This document shows positions 53,101-63,932 of a stretch of DNA of 64,000 bases, in pieces. The number at the start of each line of letters is the position of its first letter. The stretch's first letter is position 1. The notes beneath the pieces are model-generated. The model was given only the letters and a program-made list of their open reading frames with translations, was not told the DNA's origin and did not search any database. Origin of the DNA: Paraspadella gotoi (Eukaryota; Animalia; Chaetognatha). Made by a program: the position numbers and the translations under genes. The DNA is taken from positions 14,869,574 through 14,933,573 of the forward strand of contig CM119263.1 of assembly GCA_051294375.1 (NCBI GenBank), in the 5' to 3' direction.

Positions 53101-56100
53101 CAATTAATTATTTAATCAATCAATTTATTAATCTATTAATTAATTATTCAATTCATTTATCAATTATTTAATTATTTAATCAATTAATCAATCAAGTCAC
53201 TAGTTATCGGCATTATTTCCGTCGTTGCTTTTGTCGTGGTCAGTGACGAAAATACCTAAAGACAAACTTTTTGAATTAATTACTAATTATTTATGTCATT
53301 AATTATTAATTAATTATTAATTAATTACCGCTAATGATCGATGGCAGATTCGAAATTGTTTGCTCAAACTTGTTTCCGGTTACTTAACTTTTTTTCTCTC
53401 CTACAAGGATTTGTCTCTTATTTTCTTTACTATGAGAATTTTCCCTTTAATTTCTATAAAATTTGCTCTTCTGTCTGTACCTACTAGATAATAACTTGTA
53501 CCTGTACTTGTACCTGTTTTGCCTGGTTTAGTCTTAATAAACTAGATGGCTCTACAAACGAAAAAGCATTTTGAAAAACAATAGTGTGTGGTGGTATATT
53601 CACACCGCCTCACGTCCACCGTCCTTCAGCCAAATCCATTGGCTCAGAGGGGGAACACACCATCCCAGGCGTAGTGTTCCATCCACAGTCCTAACGACTT
53701 CCCTCTGCGTTGGCAAAGCGAGACCGTCCTAGGGTAACCGCGCCAGTGACTGGAGGCGTCACTGAGGGTCGGAAGCCCCCAAAGCCAACAGTGAGATGCC
53801 CCATCCCAGTGGGCATCACAGGCAACCCGGCTGTTGCCATAAGCGATCAATTTTAATTTAAGTATATTCACCAAAGATCTTAATATTTTTTTCTGAAATA
53901 TACAAACAATCCATTAATTTTTTTTGTTTTGACCCTATTCTACCAGAGGGCCTCGTAAACATGGAAGCTTTTTGTAAAACAAAGGATCTTTAAAAATAAA
54001 CTATCTGCACCCACTAGATCTTCACTTGTACCTACTCTTCAACAAAATAGCAATTGTTTCTTTAAATTTTTATTATTTTAAATCTTTTCAAAATGATATG
54101 AATGAAATGTATTGAAAAAATGAATTGCATAAAATGAAATAAATGATTAAAATAAATTTAATGAATAAACTGAATTGAATGAATAAACTGAATTAAATAA
54201 ATAAATAAATTGAATTAATAAAATGAATTAAATGAATGAAATTAATTTAATTAAATGAAAATATTTAGATAAATAAATTGTATTAAGTAAATAAATTTAA
54301 AAATATGAATATAGGTAAATTGAACGAATTTAAATCAAGATTGAATGAATAAATGTGGGAAAGATAAAGTGATAGAAAAAGAAAAAGAACAACGGGAATA
54401 GAAAAAACAATAAAAACCTGTTTTGCGATGGCAAAATAATATACGCGGCTGCATTACGAGTTTGATCTTGAGAATTTTTTTTTCAAATAAAAAACAAAAA
54501 AAGAGAGAGAGAAAGAAAAAGATAGAAAGAAAGAAAAAAACAGAATGAAATACAAAAAAAAACGGTTTTAAAAAATCTTGATGATAAGAAGCCTTATCTA
54601 AATTTTTAGCTTTTTACAAATACACACTTTAATTATAAAAAATGTTACATCAATGAGGACGACATTATTAAGAAGCAAAAGTAAACCAAAATATTGCCCA
54701 AGATGGGCCTCGGCCTGTCTAGCAAGATAAAATTAATGCGAGCAAAATGAATATTATTTTTATTTATAAAATATTTTTAAGTATTAAAGTGTTATTAGTT
54801 GTTAGTTCAGTTTAAGCCCTTGAAAGTTTTATGTAAGATTTTATTGTAGATTTGGATTCGTCATGAAAAGTTGATATTAACTAATTAAGAAATATAACTC
54901 TTTTTTGAAATATCATAAAATATATATATAGTAGGGTGGAGTGATGGAAAGATTGAGCGATGGAACAATGCTTTTTTGCTGCCTTTGTATATGTAATAAA
55001 AAGTAATTAAGCCCCTTTTTAAAAAAAAATTGCATAACAGTATCATTAATTGAATTTTTTTTATAGTAATATCCTTATAAAATCATAAAATTTCAAAATC
55101 AGATTTTTTTAATTTTAAAAACAGTTTCAGATTCGCCAGAAAAAACTGAAAAACTTTTGTAAAATATGTTACATGATATTTTTATGTTAAAGCTGCGAAA
55201 AATGACCAAAATGTTTCATCATATAATAGTTTCTATTACAAAATGTAAAAAAGAGAAGAATTTGACCTTTTTATTCCTTTTTTGACGCTAAAGACATTGA
55301 AATTTTTAATAACATATTTTATATTTTTGATCTAACTTTTTATGAAGAATCAGAATCTTTAATAAAAATTAAAGAAAAAATTATTTTGAAAATTTATGAT
55401 TTTATAAGGATATTATTATAAATATATTGTAATTATAACAATATAAGCAAAATATTTTTTGTACTCCTTAATCATATTATCTCACGTCTAAATATCCTTG
55501 TTTGTTCACTCAAATAAAATTTATGTTCCCCAGTGCTCCACTCTAATATATAGTAAGCTGAAAATTAAAATTTTATATATTAAATATATTTTTTTAAAAT
55601 TTTTAACCCAGTTAATGAAAGAATTTTTAAAAATTATTTATATTTTCTTTTATCAACTTTTTTTGAGGAATTAAAATCTGCAATCAAAATTAAGAAAAGC
55701 CTATTTTGAAATTTTTCTATTTTATAAGGATAGTACTATATATAAATATGCGATTTTATTCGAATACAACGAGGTTGATTCAGTACAATCATCATCAACA
55801 AACAAACAAACATAGACAAAATAAAAAAAAGTATTTTTTATCAATTAATATTCATTGAAGGGATGTTGTGCATTATTAACTTCAAGTTAACGAAGCTTTA
55901 AATGTTATTAGTAATTACTCGCCTTAAACTGGTAAGCCAGAACTAATTGCATGTGTGAATCCAAATCTCTAAATATTCTTATCTTTTCAACAACGGCTTT
56001 GAAAACCGTCTCCTCAATAAGATCATTCTGGTAATCTTCTGGTAAAAGAGATTGACAAATAGGGTTACTGAAGATGCAAATGTTGCTTTCAATAGTAAGC

Positions 56101-57320
56101 ATTTTGGCAAAGTTGTTTATCCGATTCCGGTTTTCTTCTGGCATATCTTCAATGTCACAATAAGACTCTACAATTTCCAGTTGGTCGGCTCTTGCAACTA
56201 AGCTCGAGTCCTAGTATATAAAACTAGTTATTAAAAAGTCAATACAAGTAAATAAAAATAATTTCTCACTTGCGCCATGGCTATAGAAGATATTATCCCT
56301 ACAAATTTCCAATTGTAGTAATAAATTCCAGCAATAATAACGAACATAATCACAAACATCTCAAGGTCATTAAGAGGTAGGATGTATCCCAAGCCAATTT
56401 GCTTGGTACCAGAAAATATAAAAAATTGTGATACGTAGAAGAGCTCCGAAATCGTGTTGATCCAATAAACTTTTTCAATAAAAGTCGTTGGTAGTGAAGC
56501 GTTAATGTTTACGTCAAACAGGGATAACGTCCGGTGAATGATGGCTGGTTGAAGGCTCCAACTCAAAGTGCTCCACCTAATTGATTTAGACATATAAAGT
56601 CGATTAATTGATCGAAAAATTAGTCAACATAGAGAATATAATGCTTTTCAAGAGAACTAATAAAGAGATTATTATTATTATTATTATTCTGGAAATATTT
56701 TCTTGCTTAATGGAGAACTTACCAAGTAGATTGGACAAAGCAGTGATCCTCCTTCAATTTGAAAAAGGAGCACCTCTCGTCAAAGCATTGAATGACTTGA
56801 AATTTTTCCATTTTCGAGTGAAAACTTCCGCAAAACCATTCCGGTAGCTGATACCTAATTCAGTTCCATGTCAAAATTCTTAAACGATTTCTTAGACATG
56901 GGAATTAAGTTTATTTAAAAAGTTTAAAAAACTGATGTTTGGAAATAAATTGACCAAACACAACAAATCGAAATTATTACAAAAAGTCATAGTGGCAACA
57001 CATTCACTATCGCCACCCGCTCGAGTCCATCAGCGCAGCTCCGGTTCGCGCCCCATTAGTGTCAATGCTACTAAGCTGTACGGGACGTCTAACCCACCTC
57101 TAGTGGCGGACTACAGTGAGATCCGAAGTTCTGAAACTACCGAATAACAGGCGATAATTTTTCCTGTCGTGTGGCACTAAAATATACAAATATTACATAA
57201 AAAATCTTAAAAGCATAAGGATCAAGCCATGATGATAGTCATTCATTGATGCGATGATAGTCATTCATTGACGCGATGAATCATTCATCGTAAATAAAAC
57301 AAACAAATGCGTGTATGAGT

Positions 57321-57365
<45 letters not shown>

Positions 57366-57533
57366 GGACAGTTTTCCCGCCAACGAAACGCATTATTAGG
57401 TCTCTCTCGTTTATATAAAGAATAATCAGAATTTTTAGGGAAAAAATCCACGAAAATCTCGGATGTAAATTTGGGATTTTGTATTGAGAAAAAAGCGAGG
57501 AATAAATGGCGATAATAAAAGTTTTTAGAAGGA

Positions 57534-57578
<45 letters not shown>

Positions 57579-59984
57579 AGCTGGACAGCCGCTGGACCGC
57601 CGCTGGACCGCCGCTGCAGAGCTGAACTCATTTTCCGACGAATATGAGTAGGGACGAACTCTTTTCCTTTCTATAAAAAAAATATTACAAAATAAATATT
57701 TGGGTATAGAGCCATATAAGAAATTTTTTGTACATTGAAAGTAAACTTAAAATGCATAAATTTTCGTTTGAGCATGTTCCCATACTAAATTTTTGATTCA
57801 CCCCATTGAGAGGGGCTACCCCTATTCAGAAGAAAAAAAACTAAACTCTTTTCAAAAATTATAATCCCTATTAACAAAATATATGTTGAAAAATTCAAAA
57901 ATTATAATCCCTATTAACAAAATATATAGTTGAAAATACTCAGTTAACGACTATGATATTTTTGACTTCCAAATATTTTTTTTACTTATCAAAAAAAATT
58001 TTATTTCCTCATTTAAAAAAAATTTAATCTTGAATGAAATTTTTGATTGTTCTTTTTTAGGAAGAAACCAGACCGAGGTCAAATTTTATATTTGCATATT
58101 TAATTAATTTATAAATAGTTATCACAACTCAAATAATTATTATTTAAAAAAAGATAAAAATGATTAAATATATACACTAAAAATATTTATAAATTTAATA
58201 ATAGTATAAATTATCAGAATAACAAAAAAAGTAATGTTTAATTTGACTATATCTCTCTTATCAACTCCTATTTTAGATATAATTTGCCAATAGTGGGCCA
58301 ACCGGTTCAAAGTTACAATAATAAATAAATACAAATTTATTTTTTTAAATGTAATGCATATTGTTTGGCGAAAGTGCTGCATATATAATAAGTCACATTA
58401 GCTGATTTATATGTGACAATGCATGTCAATATAAGTTATTCTTCACTTTTTTAAAAATGTATCCACGAAAATCTCGGATGTAAATTTGGGATTTTGTATT
58501 GAGAAAAAAGCCCCGAATAAAAGTTTTTAGAAACAAAAACATAATCATAATTTTTCAAAAAAAGAACGATCACGCAAAAGATCGTAGAAAGAGAAGAGAG
58601 ACAAAGCTGGACAGCTGCTTGAAGGCCGCTGTACAGTCAGTGCAGAAACTGAACTCGTTTTTTTTTTTTTTTTTTTTTTTTTTATTAATACCAAAAACAG
58701 TATTGAAATAAAAGAATAAAAGAAATAAAAGAAATAGAAGAAATGCTAAATCTGTTAACAATTCATTGGAAATTTTTCCAATTTTCATCGATGTTCAAAA
58801 ATGTACAATGGTTTACAATTGATTTTCAATTTTAATCGAGCTTGTAAAAGATTTTATTTTTATTTGTATTAAAATTAAGATATAGCTTCTCATTAAAAAG
58901 TTATTTTGAGTTCCCATTTTTATTAGAGATTTAAAAAAATTTTTTTGAATTTCATCTTCAATATTATATACTGCAATATGTAAATTAGATTAAAGCATTT
59001 CTATATACTAATTTGGATATGATAATGAGTACTATAATCTCATTTGCATATTGCAGTAAATCATAATGAAGTGGAAATTCAAACAAAAAATACTTAAATC
59101 CAAATGTAATAAGAAAATATCAAAGCTATTTCAAGATGAGAAGCCATATCTAAATTTTTAACTTACTATGAATGCACACTTTTGTAAAACTTTATCATAA
59201 TTCATAATAATTTTTATTTAAAAAAAAACGGTAAGTCACAGCCAAACCTATAAAAGCGTAGTAGTTTTTATATAGAAAAACAGCGTGACGGACGACGACG
59301 ACGACGACGACGACTACGTCACAAAGAAGCTCACCCGAATGAATATCAAGCCTGAACCGGCTTCGCCGGTCATGGCTTGATAAAAAAGTCTGATTAAAAC
59401 TGAAGGTTTTATCTTATGCTGAGGCTTTTTACCAGAGTAAAAAGAGAAGGCATTCGACCATGAAACCGGCGAGAAAGAGAAATACGACGTCGAAGAACCA
59501 ACCGACATAACGACGAATAAAGAGTAAATCGCGGTATATGATGACAAGGCGGCCGGTGGGTACGACGTTCAAAAAAAATATAACCGACCTGAATGCAATG
59601 GGAATTAGTTTTGTTTCGTTGTAATTACGTAAAACTAGTCATTTCAGGCTCATGCTGACCAAAGTATTTCCCCGTTGGCACTATCTTCTTCGTAAATAAA
59701 CTTGACCAAGAACCACCAAATTTGATAAGGAAAACTGATGATGAGTTCCAACGCCATCTGGGATCTCACCTTGCATACGTAATACATACGTAATTACATT
59801 GTTCGGTATTCCCTTGCAATTCGAGAAAAACCTGGAACAAAACTTGTTGCAGGTTGGTGACGTCGTATTCGTATTCGCGATAACCGACGAAACAGCTGCA
59901 GCAAAGGCGAAAGACACCTGCCAATTGGATTAGACAGACGCCGAGAGGCATCGACAGGAACGCTTCATGAATGCTGTCGTTTTT
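28382..59984 (-). CDS. Single-chain four-repeat cyclic-nucleotide-gated channel (CNGK/tetraKCNG-like; 4 x [6TM + C-linker + CNBD]), ~29 exons, 5' end not identified
   Basis: Mostly phase-consistent exon chain (approximate): 59984-59770, 59588-59433, 56853-56723, 56575-56270, 56210-55923, 52776-~52465, ~50530-50108, 45206-44307, 44099-43379, 43138-42901, 42827-42589, 38141-37930, 37783-37621, 36659-36565, 35702-35664, 35573-35435, 35289-35108, 34994-34590, 33325-32828, 32765-32592, 31627-31340, 30479-30278, 29952-29663, 29532-29180, 29110-28947, 28637-28382. Four pore loops (~56395, 44765, 38025, 32690), each followed by S6, C-linker and CNBD (e.g. LGPGDFFGELGL; FLPGDFLVSHGD); S4-like RSLRMLR. 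Confidence 0.85.
30830..31060. repeat. AT-rich MITE-like repeat; related copies ~33515-33760 and ~26630-26810
   Basis: Shared ggattctgatagagcataaaaagtt…ctttttatgagctatctgaatc with inverted ends. Confidence 0.6.
33783..34510 (+). mobile_element. Helentron-associated / DINE-1-like non-autonomous element; other copies 38795-39500 (-), 48137-48248, 52943-53375, 61141-62398
   Basis: 5' inverted repeat tcggatctgc…gcagatccga, a (ccgt/ctgt)n microsatellite, internal tandem units containing aaattttgt…aagtttcgatggaatcg, and 3' gcagatccgacattgtttgctcaaacttgttt. This is the DINE-1/HINE layout. Confidence 0.7.
36875..37135 (+). repeat. Dispersed repeat with ~22-bp tandem units (gatgatagtcattcattgacgc) and agctggacagcc motifs; related copies 57230-57640 and ~58600-58660
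   Basis: Direct comparison. Confidence 0.65.
39570..39936 (+). mobile_element. TRIM-like mini LTR element (family D): LTR with tRNA-like segment 39603-39674, PBS 39812-39824, short non-coding interior, PPT ~39929-39936
   Basis: Collinear with the 63495-63932 copy. PBS TGGTGAGTTCGAC, A-box-like TGGCGCAGGAGG, B-box-like GGTTTCAAGCC. Confidence 0.75.
40081..40120 (-). ncRNA. Minimal type I hammerhead ribozyme motif in the Penelope pLTR
   Basis: cca-CTGATGA-t-GACTTA(gcaaca)TAAGTC-GAAA-tatt-tgg: intact core, 6-bp stem II, short stem I, vestigial palindromic stem III. Confidence 0.7.
40321..40850 (-). pseudogene. Penelope-type GIY-YIG endonuclease C-terminal fragment (frameshifted)
   Basis: CIPYIPNL…KGIYKYHCPCSDKAVYIGQTTRSFKTRWKEH…ISQHYEHCH…IREALEIRRH…LNEDWG…W across two frameshifts. 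Confidence 0.9.
41247..41287 (+). ncRNA. Minimal hammerhead ribozyme motif in the inverted pLTR copy
   Basis: ccc-CTGATGA-t-GACTTA(gcaaca)TAAGTC-GAAA-tattt-ggg. Confidence 0.65.
42304..42522 (+). mobile_element. PPT plus 3' LTR of family D
   Basis: AGAGGGGGGA immediately followed by TGTATGATGGACTAAAATCCACC… and ending …CTGCA; homologous to the 39.6-kb and 63.5-kb copies. Confidence 0.7.
46940..47855. repeat. AT-rich composite repeat; inverted homolog at ~54935-55480
   Basis: 47380-47855 matches the reverse complement of 54935-55420. Confidence 0.7.
47253..47294 (+). ncRNA. Decayed minimal hammerhead motif (likely a solo Penelope pLTR relic)
   Basis: ggcg-CTGATGA-a-GGCTT(gaattt)GAGCC-aAAA-CATG-TT-cgtc: stems I and II plus a palindromic CATG loop, but core G12 is A. 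It lies downstream of a (CT)n tract, as in the 41.1-kb pLTR. Confidence 0.55.
49531..49897 (+). mobile_element. tRNA-derived SINE (interrupted by a family G insert); second copy 47878-48066 (-)
   Basis: A-box TGGCCGAGTG, B-box GGTTCAAATC / GATTCGAATCC, and a shared body ggggagtagc…tactcgat.tcaagacaaaaactc…gagcttgcc.tctcagaaatt.tagacggatgc.actgta. Confidence 0.7.
53587..53841 (+). mobile_element. Solo-LTR-like element (family F)
   Basis: TGTGG…GCCATA termini, 5' hairpin, near-TSD AGTG/AGCG; homolog at 60102-60294. Confidence 0.7.
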
Positions 59985-60101
59985 CTAAAATAGAGATGAC
60001 TAAGCGTGTTAGTTATATTATAACAAGTTATAAAAGCAATTTTATAAAAATATAAAACAAATGGGTTTATTTTTACATTCGCCGACCGAGATTTTGAGGT
60101 C

Positions 60102-60294
60102 TATGGCAACAGCCGGGTTGCCTGTGATGCCCATTGGGATGGGGCTGTTGGCTTTGGGGGCTTCCGACCCTCAGTGACGCCTCCAGTCACTGGCGCGGTT
60201 ACCCTAGGACGGTCTCGCTTTGCCAACGCAGAGGACTGTGGATGGAACATTACGCCTGGGATGGTGTGTGAGGCAGTGTGAATATACCGCCACA
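60102..60294 (-). mobile_element. Solo-LTR-like element (family F), internally deleted
   Basis: TGTGGCGG…GCCATA with a perfect 4-bp TSD GGTC (60098-60101 / 60295-60298). Confidence 0.75.
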
Positions 60295-60838
60295 GGTCGG
60301 TTATTTTTTATTTTTTTGCTTCTTATGAACGACGTATAGAAATATTGTGATACAAAAATAAAAAAAGGACACTGGTAAGAGTAAAAAAATTTTTTTTTAC
60401 AAATCCTTAACCACCCCTAACCCTAAATACCCCTAATCCTTAACAAACCTTAACCCAATTACTAACCGTTTAAAAAATATAAAAAAATATAAAAAAATAT
60501 TATATATATATATATTATATATAAAATATTAAATATTAAAAAATATTTTCATACAATTGAAACATTCTTTAAAATATTTTCCACTTCATTGATAGGGAAG
60601 CCAGGTACTCTGGGAGTGAATAAACGAGTCTGTGAGAAAGTCTTGATTGAAAGCTTGCAGGGACCTGCTATGTCATTATCTTGTAAGAGTGATGGAGGCC
60701 TTAAACCACCAAAGCCTGTCCAATGTCAGGGGCAAGATAGCTTATTTATTAAATGAATGGATAAATTTTATATTGGTTGTACCAATTTCATAACATAAAA
60801 ATATTATTTTACCTTTCCTTTCCTTGTTTGTTTATGTA

Positions 60839-62993
60839 CATATCTGCTCAAAAAAAAGTTTAAACTTTGAATCCCCTACTATCTCGCTTGTTTATCGTCC
60901 TATTAATTAAATATTGAAAACCAAGACAAATATCTTTCATTCGAGCCCATGACGAGGTTTTTTTAGTAGCAGTGCTAAAATCAAAAAAAGGATTGAAAAA
61001 AAAAATTCTTATCCATCTTTGTTTTTTAGGTTTTTTTACTATGGAAACTTCAAAACAGTTAAACCCAAAAAAAAAGCTACAATTGTTGAGCTTTGGAAGA
61101 CGGGTTTGTCAAGATATAAGATCACCAAACAGCTTCATTTTTAGTCGGATCTGCTTATCAGCAGATCCCGACTCTATAGTTTACTTTGTCGGTCCGTCAG
61201 TCCGCCCCTTCAATATTGTCGGGCACTAACTTATATCATGTCAGAACATCGAATTATGATAAATTATGTAAAAAAAATGATGTTCGTCCGTCTGTCTGTC
61301 CGTCCGTCCCACCTTAGCAAAAAACTCCAATTACTCGTGATTGGATGTATGGATTTGAATGAAATTTTGTGTGTGGGTAGGGAAGTGTGTGATTGAGCTG
61401 GATATAAAGTTTCGATGGAATCGTCCAAGTGGAAATGAGTTTAAATGGAAAAAACCAAAAAATACAATTCATTATTTGAACACCAATTGCTCATGAGTGG
61501 ATGGGGCGATTGACCTGGAATTTTGTATGTGAGCAGGAAAGTGTGTGATTGAACAGGAAACCAAGTTTCGATGAAATCGTTTGAGTGGAAATGAGCTTAA
61601 ATGGAAAAAAACAAAAAACCTGTTTCAGTAATTGATTATGATTTTTTTTCCTTTTATATTAAATGTATATGCAGGATGTATTAATAAATCAAATAATTAA
61701 TCAGTTAATTATTCAATTAGTCAATTAATTAATCACTAATTAATTAATCAGTCAATCAATCAGTCCATCCATCCCACCTTAGCAAAAATCCCCAATAACT
61801 CGTGATTTGCTGGTTGGATCAAAATGAAATTTTGTGTATGGTTAGGAACATGTGTGATGAAGCTGGATATAAAGTTTCGACGGAATCGTGAGAGTGGATA
61901 TGAGTTTAAATGGAAAAAGCTTAAGTCGCATTTACTAAAATCTTTTTACTTATTTTAACCAATAAATACTCTAATTAATCATAATTGGATGGATAGATTG
62001 AGTTCAAATTTTGTATGTGGGTAGGAAAATGTGTGACGAAGCTTGATATAAAGTTTTGGTACGAGTGGAAATGAGTTTAAATGAAAAAAATATGAGTCAC
62101 ATTTACTTGACTCTTTTTACTTATTTTAACCCATAATAGATTGAGATGAAATTTTGTGAGCGGGAAGGAAAGTTTATGAAGAAGCTTGATATAAAGTTTT
62201 GACGGAATTGTGCCAGTGGAAATGAGTTTAAATGGAAAAAATATAAGTCACATTTACTTTATTTTAAGGACATCGATGATGAAAAGCTGTATATAAATTT
62301 ATAATTATTAAATATTAAAATTAATTAATTAATTAATCGATTAATTAATTAATTAATTTTCGTAGGCAGATCCGACATTGTTTGCTCAAACTTGTTTTCC
62401 TACAACCATCTTCAAAATTGTCAACAAACTGGAAACGTTGGACGAGCTGTTGGAAGCAAGCAGCCTTGCATATCCACGAAGAGCAAGGATGATAACTTAG
62501 AAAGTCTCGCAATTCAAAATCGTAAAGCTTTTGCAAGCCAGTTGAAAATAAAATAGAGAGACAAAGAATTGTTGCCAGTCATTTAACAGTGAATAGGTGG
62601 CTTTTCATGGAGGATAGGGCTCCTGGATATAAAGCCAAAACCCCCAAAAGATTTTATGAGGAAAATGGGATGGAGGTGCTCGAAGGTTAGCCCGGAAACT
62701 CGCCTGACTGCAACATCATCAAAAATGTCTGGTCATGGATGAAAAGGGATTTTTGCAGTAAATACAATAACAATCAACAAAATGAAAACAATTTTAAAAC
62801 ACATTTGGGGGGGCTGAAATCTTCATATTTGCCCAGCCTCTACGACTCTCTCCCTTGTCTCATGGAAACAGTGCTGGAAGAAAACAATGGTCCAACAATA
62901 TACGAATTGAGTCCTAAAAAAAATTATTTTCCTTCAAATAATAAAATAAAATGCTTTTATCATAACTATTAAACTTTTTTTTGAGCAGATCTG
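60839..62993 (+). mobile_element. Defective Tc1-like DNA transposon with a nested DINE-1-like insertion (61141-62398)
   Basis: TIRs CA(T/G)ATCTGCTCAAAAAAAAGTTTA flanked by TA. Transposase remnant from 62598: WLFMEDRAPGY…G*PGNSPDCNIIKNVWSWMK…LYDSLP…GPTIY (DD34E-type motifs, degenerate). Confidence 0.85.
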
Positions 62994-63080
62994 TACTATC
63001 TAGAAAAAAATTATATCACATAATTATTGAAAGTTCATTTTTTCAATAAAAAATATATAAAATATGGGTAAAACATTCTC

Positions 63081-63425
63081 AGTATTTGGTATGCATTCCC
63101 TCGGCATCAATTACTGCCTGCATTCATCTGGGCATACTCTCGTACAGTGAATTGAAGTATAACAGTGAAATGTTTTTCCCCATTTTCAATGTAATTCTTT
63201 TCAGGCTCGATATTGATGTTGCGCATCTTTCCCTTTTTTCTGAGAGTTATAATGGCACTTTTTTGAACCAAAAAAAGGTGCAATGCTTTTAGCATTGACA
63301 AATTTAAAAAAAAATTAAATCTATTTAAAATAAAAACAAATAGGTAAATACAAAAAATAATGGAAAATTAAATATGATTTTTTTCATCATTTTCCATTTG
63401 AAGTGGCGAACTTTTTTTACCTGTA
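63081..63425 (-). mobile_element. Second Tc1-like remnant
   Basis: The minus strand encodes LYESMPR*MQAVIDAEGMHTKY*, the typical Tc1 transposase C-terminus; TIR-like tacaggtaaaaaaagttcgccac at ~63425-63402. Confidence 0.65.
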
Positions 63426-63494
63426 ACTTCAAAACAATTTAACCTACAAAAAAATGGAATGAAGCTACTAAAATAAATTGTAAATAAAAATAAA

Positions 63495-63932
63495 CCAATG
63501 GCCGCTTATGAACGGTTGGTGGATTTTAGTCCACCATACATCCCCCCCTCCCGTTGGGAGAAGTCTGTTGCGTCTCTTCAGTGAATTGTTGTTGTTGGTG
63601 GAAAGTGTGTCACCAAGTTGAGGCATGTCGCCTGATATGTTGTTGGCGGAAAGTGCATCGCTAGGTTGAGGCATGTCACCTGAAATTGTTGCTGTTGTGT
63701 TCGTAAGTCGGGCTCACCAAAGAAGAGACAGTAATTATTGTTATGAGTTAGTGATAGAACCGTTCAATATAAGGCTGTAACACCGAGTTACAGGCGGGTT
63801 AAGCGCCCTGTCCCTCTTAACTGCTAGGCGGCCACCGGGCTAGAACCCCGGACCTTTGGGTTGGGAGGCGAATGACTTGCCTCCGGCACCAATGGCCGCT
63901 GATGAACGGTTGGTGGATTTTAGTCCACCATA
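63495..63932 (-). mobile_element. TRIM-like mini LTR element (family D): 5' LTR with tRNA-like segment 63899-63827, PBS 63719-63707, ~155-bp interior, PPT 63552-63541, truncated 3' LTR from 63540
   Basis: The LTR start is repeated at both ends (atggtggactaaaatccaccaaccgttcat.agcggccattgg). PBS TGGTGAGCCCGAC; PPT GGGAGGGGGGGA followed by TG. Confidence 0.85.

Noticed and set aside
59314-59917. ORF-track frames 59314-59547 and 59681-59917 as pore/S6 segments
   Set aside because: Wrong order for a channel repeat; alternative frames splice in phase with the downstream exons and fit S2-S5.
60105-60132. CTGTGATGCCC, matching a conserved 18S rRNA motif
   Set aside because: Only 11 nt; the flanks are not rRNA-like and it is part of an LTR terminus.
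61320-62240. Regularly spaced repeats resembling a CRISPR array
   Set aside because: The units are long, diverged and homologous throughout, with no unique spacers and no cas genes; they are internal repeats of a eukaryotic transposon.
63827-63899. Possible tRNA-Gly(CCC) gene (also 39603-39674)
   Set aside because: The anticodon stem does not pair, the T-loop is non-canonical and the sequence is embedded in a repeated LTR, so it is treated as tRNA-derived.
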